Assembly: GCA_050951805.1 (NCBI GenBank)
Contig: JBMNJT010000008.1
Span: forward strand, 320,001 to 384,000
Length of the DNA: 64,000 bases
Direction: 5' to 3'
Source: Bacillota bacterium
Lineage (GTDB): Bacteria; Bacillota; DTU025
Shown: positions 51,516-63,182 of the stretch, in pieces
How the letters are laid out: every line of letters begins with the position of its first letter
Position numbering within the stretch: the first letter of the stretch is position 1
Program-made: the position numbers and the translations under genes
Notes under the pieces: model-generated
What the model was told of the DNA's origin: nothing
What the model saw: the letters and a program-made list of their open reading frames with translations, nothing else
The model's database searches: none

Positions 51516-53018
51516 ATGTATAAAGCCAGTGTAGTCGATAATGATCAAGGATTAGTGACTCTGGAGATAACCGTAAGCGAAGACGAGGTTCGTCGCGCGC
51601 TTGGAAGCGCGGTCCGCAGACTGGGGCAACGATATACGGTCCCGGGTTTCCGGAAGGGTAAAGCGCCCCGCCTAATATTGGAGAACTACGTTGGCAGAGA
51701 GATCATATACGATGAAGCTATCCGTGATTTCGTGCCGAAAGCCTATGAGGCTGCTCTCGAGGAGACAAATCTGATTCCTCTGGAGGATCCGGCATTTGAG
51801 GGCCTTGACGATGCTGACCTCGATTCAGGCGAGCCGTTAACGTTCAAGGCGAGAATGACGGTGAAGCCCGAGGTAAAGCTGGGAGATTACAAGTCTATTA
51901 AGCTCGACCGGGAGAAGCGCGAGGTGACTGAAGCCGATATCGACCGCGTGCTTGAGAATCTGCGTGATCAGCGAGGCGAATTTGTTTCTACAGAGCGTAC
52001 CACAGCTCAAGCTGGGGACCTTGTGACCGTCTCAATCGAAGCCATGGTTGATGGGGAGCGTTTGGAAGAGATCTCAGTTGATGACACGCAAGTTCCCGTG
52101 GGTATGGGTTACCTCATGGAAGGCATAGATGAAGAGATCGAGGGCATGACGGTTGGCGAACCCAAATCTGTCACTGCTGTTCTCCCTGAAGGTTTTTATA
52201 TCGAGGAACTCGCAGGCCATGATGTTACGTTCAACATAATAGTAAAAGACATCAAGGTCAAGCAACTGCCTGAGTTGGATGACGAGTTTGCCAAGGATTT
52301 TGGAGAGACGAAAACCCTTGAAGAGCTGCGCAATGATATCAAGCATTCCATGATGCACCATTTCCTTGATGAGGCCAAGAAGGATTTGGGTGAACGCGCG
52401 CTCGACGCGTTGGTGACGACCTCAGAAGTCGAACCTCCCAAGCTCCTGGTAGAGCAAGAGGCATATATCGCATTTGACAAGCTGCAGGAGACAGTGGAAA
52501 AGGAGGGGCTCGAATGGGAGGAATACCTGGAGGCAAAGGGTCAATCGGAAGATGACGTGTATCAGGAGATGCTCGAGTTGGCGCCGGCCTCTGTCAAGAA
52601 AGCATTGGTAATTGAGGCTTTGGCCAAAGAGGAAAACCTTTTCCCTACTACTGACGAAGTGAGCATTGCCGTTGCTCAGGTAATGAGTTATGCGGGTGCT
52701 CAAAGCCGTGAGATATTGCAGAAGGCGATAGAAGATCCCGAAATGCGTAGGGTTACGACTAAAGCACTGATGCGTGAAAAAGTCTTGGCATATTTAGCCA
52801 ATACATGCGACGCGGATCCGGAGTCTGCTATATGCCAGGAATGTGCTGCACGCGAAGCGGAAGAAGCGAAGGAAAACGCTGAGAAGGCTCAGGCCGAGTC
52901 TGGGACCGAGTCGCGTGACGAGGGCATAGAGCAGACCAGTGAAGCTGATGAGCCGGGTTCAGATGAGGAAATGGACGGAGAAGCCGTAGCGGAAGAAACG
53001 TCGTCACCAGAGCCATAG
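51516..53018 (+). CDS. tig: Trigger factor
   Basis: 'VPGFRKGKAP', 'PELDDEFAK'; start at ATG after GAGGTG; long acidic tail. Confidence 0.95.
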   Translation: MYKASVVDNDQGLVTLEITVSEDEVRRALGSAVRRLGQRYTVPGFRKGKAPRLILENYVGREIIYDEAIRDFVPKAYEAALEETNLIPLEDPAFEGLDDADLDSGEPLTFKARMTVKPEVKLGDYKSIKLDREKREVTEADIDRVLENLRDQRGEFVSTERTTAQAGDLVTVSIEAMVDGERLEEISVDDTQVPVGMGYLMEGIDEEIEGMTVGEPKSVTAVLPEGFYIEELAGHDVTFNIIVKDIKVKQLPELDDEFAKDFGETKTLEELRNDIKHSMMHHFLDEAKKDLGERALDALVTTSEVEPPKLLVEQEAYIAFDKLQETVEKEGLEWEEYLEAKGQSEDDVYQEMLELAPASVKKALVIEALAKEENLFPTTDEVSIAVAQVMSYAGAQSREILQKAIEDPEMRRVTTKALMREKVLAYLANTCDADPESAICQECAAREAEEAKENAEKAQAESGTESRDEGIEQTSEADEPGSDEEMDGEAVAEETSSPEP

Positions 53019-53246
53019 GCGCAAATCGGGAAATAGCCGATCAGCGCTTCAGGACCGCTTCCGATGCGGGCGATATGGCCAAGTCTTCGAAGGCAGTTGC
53101 ACGCATAGAGTTACATGGAGTATTATTCGCGGCCTAAAGCAGCAGAATAATCTGGACTCTGCTGGATGGCTCAGCACACGTTCCTGGCAAGAGTTGCATA
53201 CCCCACCTTTGCCTCTCGCTGAGGGGCGTGGATTGAAACCAGAGAG

Positions 53247-53849
53247 GTGATGGACATGACCCTCATACCTATGGTTGTTGAACAGACTAGCCGTGGTGAG
53301 CGAGCATATGATATTTACTCCAGGCTTCTGAAAGACAGGATCATCTTCGTTGGGGGCCCGATAGATGACAGTATGGCGAATCTTGTCATAGCGCAGATGC
53401 TTTTCCTGCAGGGCGAAGATCCTGAGAAGGATATCAATCTTTACATCAATAGCCCAGGCGGAGTAGTCACTGCTGGGCTGGCGATATATGATACAATGCA
53501 GTACGTGAAGCCTGATGTTTCCACGGTATGCGTCGGGCTTGCGGCGAGCGCGGCAGCCGTACTCCTTGCTGCGGGCGCGAAGGGCAAGCGTTACGCACTG
53601 CCCTATTCCAGGATAATGGTTCATCAGCCTCATGGAGGCACACAGGGTCAGGCCACAGACATAGAGATACAGGCCAAGGAGATCCTGCGAATTAAAGGAA
53701 TTACCAACGAGATTCTCTCGCGCCACACTGGGCAGCCAATCGAACGGATCGACCGCGACACCGATCGCGACTTTTACATGTCAGCCCAGGAAGCTAAGGA
53801 ATATGGAATCATTGACAGCATTTTCGAGGGCAAGGCTGCAGAGGCTTAG
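53247..53849 (+). CDS. clpP: Clp protease proteolytic subunit
   Basis: '[16 protein letters not shown]', 'YINSPGG', 'GLAASAA', 'MVHQP'. Confidence 0.98.
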   Translation: MMDMTLIPMVVEQTSRGERAYDIYSRLLKDRIIFVGGPIDDSMANLVIAQMLFLQGEDPEKDINLYINSPGGVVTAGLAIYDTMQYVKPDVSTVCVGLAASAAAVLLAAGAKGKRYALPYSRIMVHQPHGGTQGQATDIEIQAKEILRIKGITNEILSRHTGQPIERIDRDTDRDFYMSAQEAKEYGIIDSIFEGKAAEA

Positions 53850-53864
53850 CCGAGGGGTGGTATC

Positions 53865-55130
53865 ATGTTCAAGTACGGTGATGATAAGGGTCAGCTAAGG
53901 TGCTCCTTTTGTGGCAAGGCCCAGGAGCAGGTAAGAAGGCTCATCGCTGGTCCTGGCGTTTACATCTGCGATGAGTGCATTGAGCTGTGCAATGAGATCA
54001 TCGAGGAAGAGTCGGGAATCAGTCCTGACATCGATTTCAGCGAGATCCCAAAGCCGCACGAAATACGCGCCATTCTTGATGAATACGTGATAGGGCAAGA
54101 TGACGCTAAGAAGACGCTCTCGGTTGCCGTGTACAACCATTATAAGAGGATCAGCGCTGCACCCCATGTCGACGACGTGGAGCTGCAGAAAAGCAACATC
54201 TTGCTGCTTGGCCCCACGGGCTGCGGCAAAACATTGCTCGCGCAAACCCTTGCGAAGATACTCAACGTGCCTTTTGCCATATCAGATGCCACTTCTCTTA
54301 CGGAGGCTGGCTATGTGGGCGAGGATGTCGAGAACATTTTGCTCAAGCTGATCCAGAACGCCGACTACGATATCGAGCGCGCGGAAAAGGGAATTGTTTA
54401 CATTGACGAGGTAGATAAGATAGCTAGAAAGTCGGAGAACCCGTCCATAACAAGGGATGTGTCGGGTGAAGGGGTCCAGCAGGCCCTCCTCAAAATACTT
54501 GAGGGGACAGTGGCGAGCGTTCCCCCTCAAGGGGGTCGAAAGCACCCACATCAGGAGTTTATCCAGCTTGACACGACGAATATCCTCTTCATATGCGGCG
54601 GCGCATTTGACGGTCTCGATAGCATAATCGAGAACCGCATCGGTCGAAAGACTTTGGGATTTGGCGCTGAGGTAAAGCCAAAGGTCGACAAGAACATCGG
54701 CGATATCCTCCGTCAAGTTATGCCCGAGGATCTTCTGAAGTATGGTCTGATCCCTGAGTTCATCGGCAGGCTTCCAGTGGTCGTTCCCCTCGACGCCCTT
54801 GATGAGGAGTCGTTGGTTCGGATACTGACTGAGCCGCGGAATGCGCTGGTGAAGCAGTATAGGAAGCTGTTCGAGTTGGACGGCGTGGAGCTCGAGTTCA
54901 CCGACGATTCGCTGGAGGCCGTGGCTCGCAAGGCCATGGAGAGGAATACAGGCGCCAGAGGATTGAGGTCGATCATGGAGCACATTATGCTTGACATAAT
55001 GTACGACATACCTACTCGCACAGATGTGAAGAAGGTCGTCATAACCAAGGAGACCGTGGCTGACGACGGCAAGCCAACCATGGTGTTGGCCGAGAAGAAG
55101 CCGGCGCGCAAGAAGGAAGAGACGGCGTAG
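53865..55130 (+). CDS. clpX: Clp protease ATP-binding subunit
   Basis: 'CSFCGK...ICDECIELC', 'GPTGCGKT', '[14 protein letters not shown]', 'GGRKHP'. Confidence 0.98.
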   Translation: MFKYGDDKGQLRCSFCGKAQEQVRRLIAGPGVYICDECIELCNEIIEEESGISPDIDFSEIPKPHEIRAILDEYVIGQDDAKKTLSVAVYNHYKRISAAPHVDDVELQKSNILLLGPTGCGKTLLAQTLAKILNVPFAISDATSLTEAGYVGEDVENILLKLIQNADYDIERAEKGIVYIDEVDKIARKSENPSITRDVSGEGVQQALLKILEGTVASVPPQGGRKHPHQEFIQLDTTNILFICGGAFDGLDSIIENRIGRKTLGFGAEVKPKVDKNIGDILRQVMPEDLLKYGLIPEFIGRLPVVVPLDALDEESLVRILTEPRNALVKQYRKLFELDGVELEFTDDSLEAVARKAMERNTGARGLRSIMEHIMLDIMYDIPTRTDVKKVVITKETVADDGKPTMVLAEKKPARKKEETA

Positions 55131-55215
55131 GGACGGTTTTCCTGGGGAATGCGCGAGTTGACAAGACCTTTATAGACGTTGCTGATAATCCCGGCGTGGC
55201 GCACGGCGTCCGCCG

Positions 55216-55244
55216 GGATAGTTGTTGTTGGCCGGGGCATGCTA
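55216..55244 (+). promoter_or_regulatory. Possible sigmaF/G forespore promoter for lonB
   Basis: GGATA-14bp-GGGCATGCTA; lonB is sigmaF-dependent in B. subtilis; spacing is one short of consensus. Confidence 0.35.
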
Positions 55245-55268
55245 CACCGTGGACAGGAGGGATGTTCG

Positions 55269-57011
55269 GTGAGCAACCTCGGCGTGATTGGGTTGATAAA
55301 CCTCTTTTTCGGAATCGTGATCGGTCTTTACTTTTGGAATCTCCTCAAGGTCCAGCAGGGATCGAAAACTGCGGTTGACCGCGATTCTCGCCGTGAAATG
55401 GATAAGCTGCGCGAAATGCGGAGCCTCAGCCTTACCAGGCCGCTTACGGAGTTGACTAGGCCCAAGAGATTTGAAGACGTGGTCGGACAGAAGGATGCGC
55501 TCCTTGCTCTAAAGGCGGCGCTATGCGGGCCCAATCCCCAACATGTGATCCTCTACGGTCCTCCCGGCGTCGGCAAGACGGCGGCTGCTCGGGTTGTGCT
55601 TGAGGAGGCCAAGAAGAGCCCGCTTTCGCCTTTCCGGGCCGATGCTGTTTTCATTGAAATTGATGCCAATACAGCCCGTTTCGATGACCGTGGAATCGCA
55701 GATCCATTGATCGGATCCGTGCACGACCCTATCTATCAGGGTGCGGGTCCTCTGGGAATAGCAGGGGTACCCCAGCCCAAGCCGGGCGCCGTAACCAAGG
55801 CTCACGGGGGTGTGCTTTTCATAGACGAGATCGGAGAACTCCACCCGATTCAGATGAACAAGCTTCTTAAGGTGTTGGAAGACAGGAAGGTCTTCCTGGA
55901 GTCAGCGTACTACAGCCCTGATGATCGCAATATCCCCATGTACATTCACGACATATTCAAGAACGGGCTGCCTGCTGACTTTCGGCTTGTTGGGGCAACT
56001 ACTCGCCCTGCCCACGATATCCCTCCCGCCATTCGATCGAGGTGCCTGGAGATATACTTCAAGGCGTTGACCCCTGAGGAAGTCGGCATCATAGCGTCGC
56101 AAGCTGTTGACAAGATGAACATGCGTGTGGAAGACGGTGTTATTCAGATAGTGACCAAGTATGCGCAGAACGGCAGGGACGCTGTGAATATGGTTCAGCT
56201 CGCCGCCGGCGTCGCCATCACTGAGGGCCGAAAAATGGTGATGCGGTCTGACATGGAATGGGTGGTAGAAAGCGGGCAGTATTCGCCAAGGCCGGAACGG
56301 AAGGTGCCCGATGCTCCGCAGATAGGCATCGTCAACGGACTCGCCGTTTGGGGCCCGGGAATGGGATCGGTGATCCAGGTCGAGGCCTCTGCTGTGCCTG
56401 CAGAGGCCGGGACGGGAAGTTTCATTGTGACCGGAATCGTGGAGGAAGAAGAACAGGGGGACGGCTCGAAGATCCTACGCCGTCGCAGCATGGCGCGGAG
56501 TTCGGTAGACAACGTGTCGACCGTCCTGCGAAACCGGCATGCGCTGCAAGTCGGGGACTACCACATACATGTCAATTTCCCCGGAGGGGCGCCAGTAGAT
56601 GGCCCGTCGGCGGGAATTGCCATGGCTACTGCCGTGTTCTCCGCTGCGAGACAGATACCCATCGACAACAGGGTTGCGATGACCGGTGAGCTTTCGGTGC
56701 ACGGGAAGGTGAAGCCGGTGGGGGGTATTGTCGCCAAAGTTGAGGCCGCAGTGAGCGCGGGGGCTACCCGTGTGCTGATCCCTGCGGAGAACTGGAACGA
56801 GAGGTTTGCGGACCGTGCAGATGTGCAGGTAATCGCAGTGGAGGACATCGATGAGGTTTTGAGAATAGCGGCTTCCTGCAATGCAGCTGAGACCGAACCT
56901 GAAGCGACATGCACACCTTGGCCCGAGGTTGCTGCCGCAGCTAGTTGCCGCAGAGGGGATGCGCCGGGAGGAACGGGTTCGATGCCTCCCACAGTGCAGA
57001 TTACAGGGTGA
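55269..57011 (+). CDS. lonB: Sporulation ATP-dependent protease LonB
   Basis: N-terminal TM 'FFGIVIGLYFWNLL', '[21 protein letters not shown]', 'DGPSAG', 'VGGIVAK'. Confidence 0.95.
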   Translation: MSNLGVIGLINLFFGIVIGLYFWNLLKVQQGSKTAVDRDSRREMDKLREMRSLSLTRPLTELTRPKRFEDVVGQKDALLALKAALCGPNPQHVILYGPPGVGKTAAARVVLEEAKKSPLSPFRADAVFIEIDANTARFDDRGIADPLIGSVHDPIYQGAGPLGIAGVPQPKPGAVTKAHGGVLFIDEIGELHPIQMNKLLKVLEDRKVFLESAYYSPDDRNIPMYIHDIFKNGLPADFRLVGATTRPAHDIPPAIRSRCLEIYFKALTPEEVGIIASQAVDKMNMRVEDGVIQIVTKYAQNGRDAVNMVQLAAGVAITEGRKMVMRSDMEWVVESGQYSPRPERKVPDAPQIGIVNGLAVWGPGMGSVIQVEASAVPAEAGTGSFIVTGIVEEEEQGDGSKILRRRSMARSSVDNVSTVLRNRHALQVGDYHIHVNFPGGAPVDGPSAGIAMATAVFSAARQIPIDNRVAMTGELSVHGKVKPVGGIVAKVEAAVSAGATRVLIPAENWNERFADRADVQVIAVEDIDEVLRIAASCNAAETEPEATCTPWPEVAAAASCRRGDAPGGTGSMPPTVQITG

Positions 57012-57265
57012 GTGTGTCTGTGCTGCTCAAGATGGGTGCCGGGCGGGCATGCCAAGCTTTGCGGTTATGACTGTCGCCGCCTCGATTGTCCGCGATAGGT
57101 GGGCCTGGGGCGGTGACAGCCTTTTGCATTGTACATGTGGTAGAGTATATGCGAAATCTGAAAGCATCGGGGTTGAGCGGACAGGCTGAAAACAGCTAGG
57201 TGCTGGCAAATGGGATAGAATTGGCACGCCAAGTGGCCAGCTGAAGAGTTTCAGCTAAGTCAAGT

Positions 57266-57294
57266 CTTGTCCCCACGCGGGTGGGGGTGTTTCG
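57266..57294 (+). CRISPR. Solitary type I-E-like CRISPR repeat (no array, no cas in window)
   Basis: CTTGTCCCCACGCGGGTGGGGGTGTTTCG, 29 nt, CCCCAC/GTGGGG hairpin; preceded by AAGT. Confidence 0.6.
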
Positions 57295-57652
57295 CCAACT
57301 TTGCAAATCAAGGTTGCCCACCAGTCTCGGAGTATTATGGTGACGCAGATCGCTCCCCTAATCCCCAATATGGTATGATTACATTACGGTCCTAATCCTT
57401 TCTCCAGCGGCAAAACAAAGCTGGCGTGTTAACCTGCGGCTTTTTGGGTGGATATGTTGCAATCCTTACTCTCTCATGCTCCCAGAGTGGGCTAATCTCC
57501 AACCCGCCTGTATCCTTTTCGAATACTCCGCTTATCTCCATGAAAAGGGCAGTTTTTCACTTGCCCAGTTCTGCCACGTATTGCATTTACCGAGGCGCTT
57601 TTCTTGAAGGAATGCAAAGAGGCAAGGAGAATAGGTAGAATGCATGTAGGAG

Positions 57653-60145
57653 GTGCTTAATCCCTTGGCTAGAGCGGACAAGTTATCACATAAAGATAGA
57701 GAAAACGTTGCACAGAGTCTGCCGCTTCTTCCTCTCAGGGGAGTTGTGGTCTTTCCTAATACTACCCTTCCGCTTGAGGTTGGAAGGGAGAAGTCGGTGG
57801 CCGCGCTCGAAGAGGCGATGTCATGCGGGAAGCTGATTGTCCTTGCCGCTCAGAAGGTCGCTAAGGTTAATGAGCCATCTCCCGACGACATCTACACGGT
57901 AGGCACAGTGTCAGCGATAAAGCAGTTAGTAAAGTTGCCTGATGGCACTATACGCGTTGTTGTGGAAGGCGTCGAGCGGGCCGTTATCCATGAATATGTA
58001 CAATCCGATCCATGTTACATGGTTCAAGTCGAACTAATGCCGACTGTGGAAGTATGCGACCGCGAGATCGAGGCTCTTGCCCGCAACGCATTGCGTGAAT
58101 TTGAGCAATTCGTCAAACTTTCAAAGAAGATGCCGGTAGAGATAATGCTGGCTATCGGGGGAACGGACGAGCCCGGCAGGCTGGCGGACGATATAGCGGC
58201 TCATATGCCGCTCAGTGTCGAGGACAAGCAGGAGCTTCTCTCGTGCTTTAGCGTTCGAACACGGCTTGAGAGGCTTGCAGTGATCCTCAGACGAGAACTT
58301 GAGATCCTGGAGCTCGAGCGCAAGATCCATTTGCGAGTCAGAAAGCAGATGGAAAAGACCCAGAAGGAATATTACCTTCGCGAGCAAATGCGCGCTATAC
58401 AGAAAGAATTGGGTGACCGAGACGACCCCAGCTCTGAAGCCGCAGAGCTCAGGCAGAAGATTGAGGAGGCCAACTTCCCTCCCGAAGTGCTTGAGAAGGC
58501 CGTTCGCGAGCTTGATAGGCTGGAGAGTATGCCTCCGATGGCGGCCGAGTCTGTCGTGGTCCGAAACTACCTCGACTGGCTCCTCGCTGTTCCGTGGGGT
58601 GTAATGACAGAGGATAGGCTCGATATTGAGCGGGCTGAAGCCATCCTCGATGAGGATCATTGGGGCCTTGACAAGGTCAAAGATAGAATTTTGGAATTTC
58701 TCGCTGTTCGGCAGCTGTCTGACGAGTTGCGCGGACCTATTCTTTGCCTCGTGGGCCCGCCTGGTGTGGGCAAAACCTCACTGGGCAAGTCTGTTGCCAG
58801 AGCCCTCAACAGGAACTTCGTCAGGTTTTCTCTTGGCGGGGTCAGGGATGAGGCAGAGATACGTGGCCATAGGCGCACTTATGTAGGGGCGATGCCGGGC
58901 AAAATAGTTCAGCTTCTCAAGCAAGCGGGCAGCATGAACCCGGTGATTCTCCTCGACGAGATCGACAAGATGTCTGCCGATTTTCGCGGAGATCCGTCAT
59001 CTGCCTTGCTGGAGGTGCTCGATCCCGAGCAAAACTCGGAGTTTGGCGACCACTACATGGAGGTCACGGTGGATTTGTCCAACGTGCTCTTCATCACGAC
59101 CGCCAACAACCTGTATTCCATCCCCCGCCCTCTTCAGGACAGGATGGAGATTATAACGCTTCCGGGCTATACGGAAGAGGACAAGGTGCAGATTGCAACG
59201 CATTTCCTCATCCGCAAGCAGTTGTCGGAGAACGGTCTTTCGGAAGAGAATGTCGTTATCCAGGAAGATGCGGTGCGCGAGATCATCCGCTGTTATACGC
59301 GGGAATCTGGCGTGCGAAGTCTCGAACGCCAGATAGGAGCGATTTGCCGCAAGATTGCCAGAGAAGTAGTGGCGGGGGCAGAAGGGCCTTTCGTCGTTGG
59401 CCGCGCAGATCTTCAGGAGTATCTCGGTGTGCCTCAGTATCGTTACGGCGTTGCCGACCTTGACAGCAAGGTTGGCGTGGCGGTAGGCGTCGCCTGGACT
59501 GAGACTGGCGGCGACACCCTGGACATCGAAGTTTCGGCCATGAAGGGCAGCGGTAAGCTGATCCTCACCGGAAAACTGGGCGACGTTATGCGTGAGTCAG
59601 CCCAGGCCGGATATACTTATGTCAGGTCGCGCGCTCGTGAACTTGGCATCCCAGAGGATTTCTACGAGAAGATGGACGTCCATATCCATGTTCCGGAAGG
59701 CGCAATTCCCAAAGACGGGCCGTCTGCAGGCATAACCATGGCCACTGCTTTGGCCTCGGCTCTCTCGGGCGTCCCTGTGAGAAATGACGTGGCCATGACG
59801 GGCGAGATAACGCTGCGTGGGAGAGTATTGCCAGTGGGCGGGCTTAAGGAGAAGACACTAGCTGCCCATAGAGCAGGCATTCGTACGATGATAATCCCTG
59901 ACGATAACAAGAAGGATCTCGAGGAGTTGCCGGAAAATGTTGCTGGCGACATGACATTCATTGAAGTCTCCCATATGGATGAGGTGCTGGCAATCGCCCT
60001 TCTCTCTGCTAAGGACGATGAAAAGTCATCATTCGGCGCCGACTACGCAGTGGGCGAAGCAGGGGACGAGCAGGGTGGAACCATGAGAGACGTGCCATTG
60101 CCTCACGTTGTTCCCAATACGCCTCAACCGCCGGCTGTGTGCTGA
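57653..60145 (+). CDS. lon: Lon protease (endopeptidase La)
   Basis: '[13 protein letters not shown]', '[11 protein letters not shown]', '[13 protein letters not shown]', 'PKDGPSAG', 'VGGLKEK'. Confidence 0.98.
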   Translation: MLNPLARADKLSHKDRENVAQSLPLLPLRGVVVFPNTTLPLEVGREKSVAALEEAMSCGKLIVLAAQKVAKVNEPSPDDIYTVGTVSAIKQLVKLPDGTIRVVVEGVERAVIHEYVQSDPCYMVQVELMPTVEVCDREIEALARNALREFEQFVKLSKKMPVEIMLAIGGTDEPGRLADDIAAHMPLSVEDKQELLSCFSVRTRLERLAVILRRELEILELERKIHLRVRKQMEKTQKEYYLREQMRAIQKELGDRDDPSSEAAELRQKIEEANFPPEVLEKAVRELDRLESMPPMAAESVVVRNYLDWLLAVPWGVMTEDRLDIERAEAILDEDHWGLDKVKDRILEFLAVRQLSDELRGPILCLVGPPGVGKTSLGKSVARALNRNFVRFSLGGVRDEAEIRGHRRTYVGAMPGKIVQLLKQAGSMNPVILLDEIDKMSADFRGDPSSALLEVLDPEQNSEFGDHYMEVTVDLSNVLFITTANNLYSIPRPLQDRMEIITLPGYTEEDKVQIATHFLIRKQLSENGLSEENVVIQEDAVREIIRCYTRESGVRSLERQIGAICRKIAREVVAGAEGPFVVGRADLQEYLGVPQYRYGVADLDSKVGVAVGVAWTETGGDTLDIEVSAMKGSGKLILTGKLGDVMRESAQAGYTYVRSRARELGIPEDFYEKMDVHIHVPEGAIPKDGPSAGITMATALASALSGVPVRNDVAMTGEITLRGRVLPVGGLKEKTLAAHRAGIRTMIIPDDNKKDLEELPENVAGDMTFIEVSHMDEVLAIALLSAKDDEKSSFGADYAVGEAGDEQGGTMRDVPLPHVVPNTPQPPAVC

Positions 60146-60188
60146 ATTGGGCGAAGGCCCAACATAGATTAATGATGCGATGCGAACT

Positions 60189-60220
60189 AGGGCGCCCCGA
60201 CGGGGCGCCCTGGGCTTATT
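60189..60220 (+). terminator. Terminator hairpin after lon
   Basis: AGGGCGCCCC-GAC-GGGGCGCCCT then weak T-rich tail. Confidence 0.65.
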
Positions 60221-60419
60221 GTAGGACGTATATAGCGTCCGCAGTTGCTATTACCAACAAGGAAGGCGCTCGATGTGCATACAAAAGGCAGGCCTTATGC
60301 TGCATGGAAGGGCAATTTCACGTGTGCATTGCGGTGCGTAATCGGGCAGGAACAATGGTCCAACAAGATAGGAGGTGCTGATATGCCGACAACACGCAGT
60401 ATAAACCATTTTTCCACTG

Positions 60420-60470
60420 TTGACATTGGGACAAATTGAGTGTATGCTTTTCCTGAGTTGTTGAACAACT
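60420..60470 (+). promoter_or_regulatory. sigmaA promoter and palindromic operator for the GntR operon
   Basis: TTGACA-17bp-TATGCT; AGTTGTT-G-AACAACT at 60456-60470. Confidence 0.75.
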
Positions 60471-60505
60471 ATGTCGAGCAAGTATGAAGAGAGGTTGAAT
60501 GACTC

Positions 60506-61291
60506 ATGACATCGACTGAGCCTATGAAACCTGCCGGCGCTCTTTACATAGGCATAGCGTCCCAACTCAAAAATGATATAGTTCGCGGGGCCTTCCCCGA
60601 CAATCGCTTGCCTACAGAGGAGGAGCTATCACAGCGCTTCGGTGTGAGCCGAAACACCATTCGCGAGGCTCTTAGCATGTTGGAGATGGATGGCCTCATT
60701 ACTAGGCGACAGGGTGTGGGGACCTTTATAGAGCGTGACAAAGTTCATGTGGGCTCCAGGACTATTGGCTTTACCGAGAGCATGAGACTTGCGGGACGCA
60801 ATCCAGGCACCTTGATGATGTCCTTCGATTGGGAGCCTGCTGATCAGCATATGTCCGGCATGTTGGATATGAGGGTCGGAGAGGCCATGGGAGTGCTTAA
60901 GAGGGTGAGATCGCTAGACGGAGTGCCTGCTTATTACCAGATAGAGAGATTGCCGGCGCACGTGATAGGCGAAGACTTCGATCCTGACGCCATGGGCGAA
61001 TCACTATTTGAATACTTGAATAAGCAGAGAGACATAGAGGTTGGCGGATCTGAATTCAGCCTTCGCGCAACTGTTCCCAATCGCGTAATCGCCAGCATAC
61101 TTGGAATGGACATTGGTCTACCGCTTTTGATGATAGAAGATCTTTACCGTTCTAGAGAAGATAAGCCGCTGCTGTGGTCGGTGAACTACTACAGAAGCGA
61201 TTTATACTGCTTCCGCGCTGTTGAACGTAATGGAACGTTCGAGATGCTTACGGTGCAGGAAGAGAGGATATCACACAGGGAGGAATACTGA
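60506..61291 (+). CDS. GntR (HutC/UTRA) transcriptional regulator
   Basis: 'LPTEEELSQRFGVSRNTIREAL...RRQGVGTFI'; UTRA C-term. Confidence 0.93.
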   Translation: MTSTEPMKPAGALYIGIASQLKNDIVRGAFPDNRLPTEEELSQRFGVSRNTIREALSMLEMDGLITRRQGVGTFIERDKVHVGSRTIGFTESMRLAGRNPGTLMMSFDWEPADQHMSGMLDMRVGEAMGVLKRVRSLDGVPAYYQIERLPAHVIGEDFDPDAMGESLFEYLNKQRDIEVGGSEFSLRATVPNRVIASILGMDIGLPLLMIEDLYRSREDKPLLWSVNYYRSDLYCFRAVERNGTFEMLTVQEERISHREEY

Positions 61292-62181
61292 TGCAGCAGG
61301 ATTTCAAGTATCCGAAGACGGCAGAAGATGTAACAGCAGAGATGCTAGCCATGTCGCCTGAGGAGCTCGAGAAGGTTTCACGCTATCCGCTGTACATTCA
61401 CGAGACTCGCGATGATCTTTACAAGTGGATTGCTAGGTTGATGGCCGATGAACTCAAGGAGAATAACGCCAAAGGCGAACCCACCCGCTGGGTTCTTCCT
61501 ATAGGCCCTAAGGGTCAATACCCCTTGCTTGCCAAGATCTGCAACGAGGAGCGTATCAGTTGGAAGAACGTGTGGGCATTCCACATGGACGAGTACCTCG
61601 ATTGGCAGGGCCGTCCCATTTCTTACGATAGTCCCTTTAGTTTCAGGCGCTATGCTGATGAACACTTGTACAAGCTGATTGATGATGAATTGCTCCCTCC
61701 AAAAGAACAGATCATATTTCCTGACGTTTACGATATAGACGCCTTTACCGCCAAGATTGATGAGGTGGGCGGTGTAGACAGCACCTTTGCCGGCTTCGGT
61801 TATCGCGGACATCTTGCCTTTAACGAGTCGCCCTGTAACAGATGGCAGAAGATTTCTGCAGACGAATTCGCCGCTGGGAAAACCCGTGTGGTTCATCTGC
61901 TCGATGACACTATCATCGCGCTTTCCCAGCGCATGTTGGGCGGACATTCGGATCCCATTCCGCAGATGGCGATCACTATCGGGATGGCCGATATTCTGAG
62001 ATCCAGCAAGATATATCTGCTTACTGATGGGGCCGGATGGAAGCAGTGGATGTTGCGCGTGTTCCTGCTTACTACCGAACGCGATCCACGCTACGCAGTA
62101 ACCCTGTGCCACGGGCATAATGGGGTTATCGTGGGAGTAGATGCTGCAAGCGCAGCCCCGATTACCCTGGGTATCGTGTAA
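61291..62181 (+). CDS. NagB-like sugar-phosphate isomerase/deaminase
   Basis: 'LPIGP..QY', 'FHMDEYLD', 'GHLAFNE', 'AITIGMADIL'. Confidence 0.8.
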   Translation: MQQDFKYPKTAEDVTAEMLAMSPEELEKVSRYPLYIHETRDDLYKWIARLMADELKENNAKGEPTRWVLPIGPKGQYPLLAKICNEERISWKNVWAFHMDEYLDWQGRPISYDSPFSFRRYADEHLYKLIDDELLPPKEQIIFPDVYDIDAFTAKIDEVGGVDSTFAGFGYRGHLAFNESPCNRWQKISADEFAAGKTRVVHLLDDTIIALSQRMLGGHSDPIPQMAITIGMADILRSSKIYLLTDGAGWKQWMLRVFLLTTERDPRYAVTLCHGHNGVIVGVDAASAAPITLGIV

Positions 62182-62206
62182 TTTTGCCATTGAGGAGATA
62201 TTGATC

Positions 62207-63169
62207 ATGACCAGGCACACAAAGAAAACTGCGCCCACGATTACCGTGGTTGGCAGCTTTACTGTAGACATGATGATGAGAATACCCAGATTGCCTGTGT
62301 ATGGAGAAACCCTTCTTGGCTCCAGCTTTTTGCAGGCGCCAGGCGGGAAAGGCGCTAACCAGGCAGTGGCCTGCGCGCGTCTTGGTGCCAACGTCAACTA
62401 TGTAGGCGTGCTTGGCATGGACTCAATGGCTGAGGCAGCATTGGAACTGTTCAGACAGGAGGGCATCGGCACCGAATGCCTATTTCGCACTGACGAGGCG
62501 GCGACCGGTGTCGGCTTCGTGCTCCAGTTTCCTGACGGAAACAATGTATGCCTCACTGACATGGCAGCCAATCAGCATCTCAGTGCTGATATGGTTGACC
62601 GGGCCGCATCATTGATTGAAGAAAGCGACGCAGTTCTTACGTGCCTGGAGATTCCTACTGATGCGGCCCTTAGGTCAATGGAGCTGGCTCGGAAACACGG
62701 TGTGTGCAGCATACTCAATCCGGCTCCCGCTATTGCGGGAATTGAGAAGCTCAAGGGGCACGTGGATGTGCTCACCCCCAACCATGTGGAAGCAGCCGCT
62801 CTCTTGAATATAGATCCAGACGCTGCGACCTCGGCGGATGCAGTGGCCATAGCGCGTACACTTAGAGAAGAAGGCTTCCCTGCGGTGATCATCACTTGCG
62901 GAGAAGATGGTGCCGTAATCGCCGACGGCTGCGGTGAAATGAAAGTTTTGGGCGCAAAGGTGCAAGCTGTTGACACTACAGGCGCTGGCGACACCTTCAA
63001 CGCTGCCTTGGCAGTTGCGATCGCTGAAGGGAAGCCGCTTGCTGAAGCGGTGATGTTTGCCAATTGTGCTGGCGCATTAGCCTGCATGAAAGTTGGATGT
63101 GTTGCAGCTATACCTTACAGAGATGAAGTTGAGGAGCGGTTTAGATCGACCTACTCTGCGATGAACTAG
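62207..63169 (+). CDS. rbsK: Ribokinase (PfkB family)
   Basis: 'PGGKGANQAVACARLG', 'ILNPAPA', 'TPNHVEA', 'VDTTGAGDTF'. Confidence 0.88.
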   Translation: MTRHTKKTAPTITVVGSFTVDMMMRIPRLPVYGETLLGSSFLQAPGGKGANQAVACARLGANVNYVGVLGMDSMAEAALELFRQEGIGTECLFRTDEAATGVGFVLQFPDGNNVCLTDMAANQHLSADMVDRAASLIEESDAVLTCLEIPTDAALRSMELARKHGVCSILNPAPAIAGIEKLKGHVDVLTPNHVEAAALLNIDPDAATSADAVAIARTLREEGFPAVIITCGEDGAVIADGCGEMKVLGAKVQAVDTTGAGDTFNAALAVAIAEGKPLAEAVMFANCAGALACMKVGCVAAIPYRDEVEERFRSTYSAMN

Positions 63170-63182
63170 GGGGCTGTTCGGA

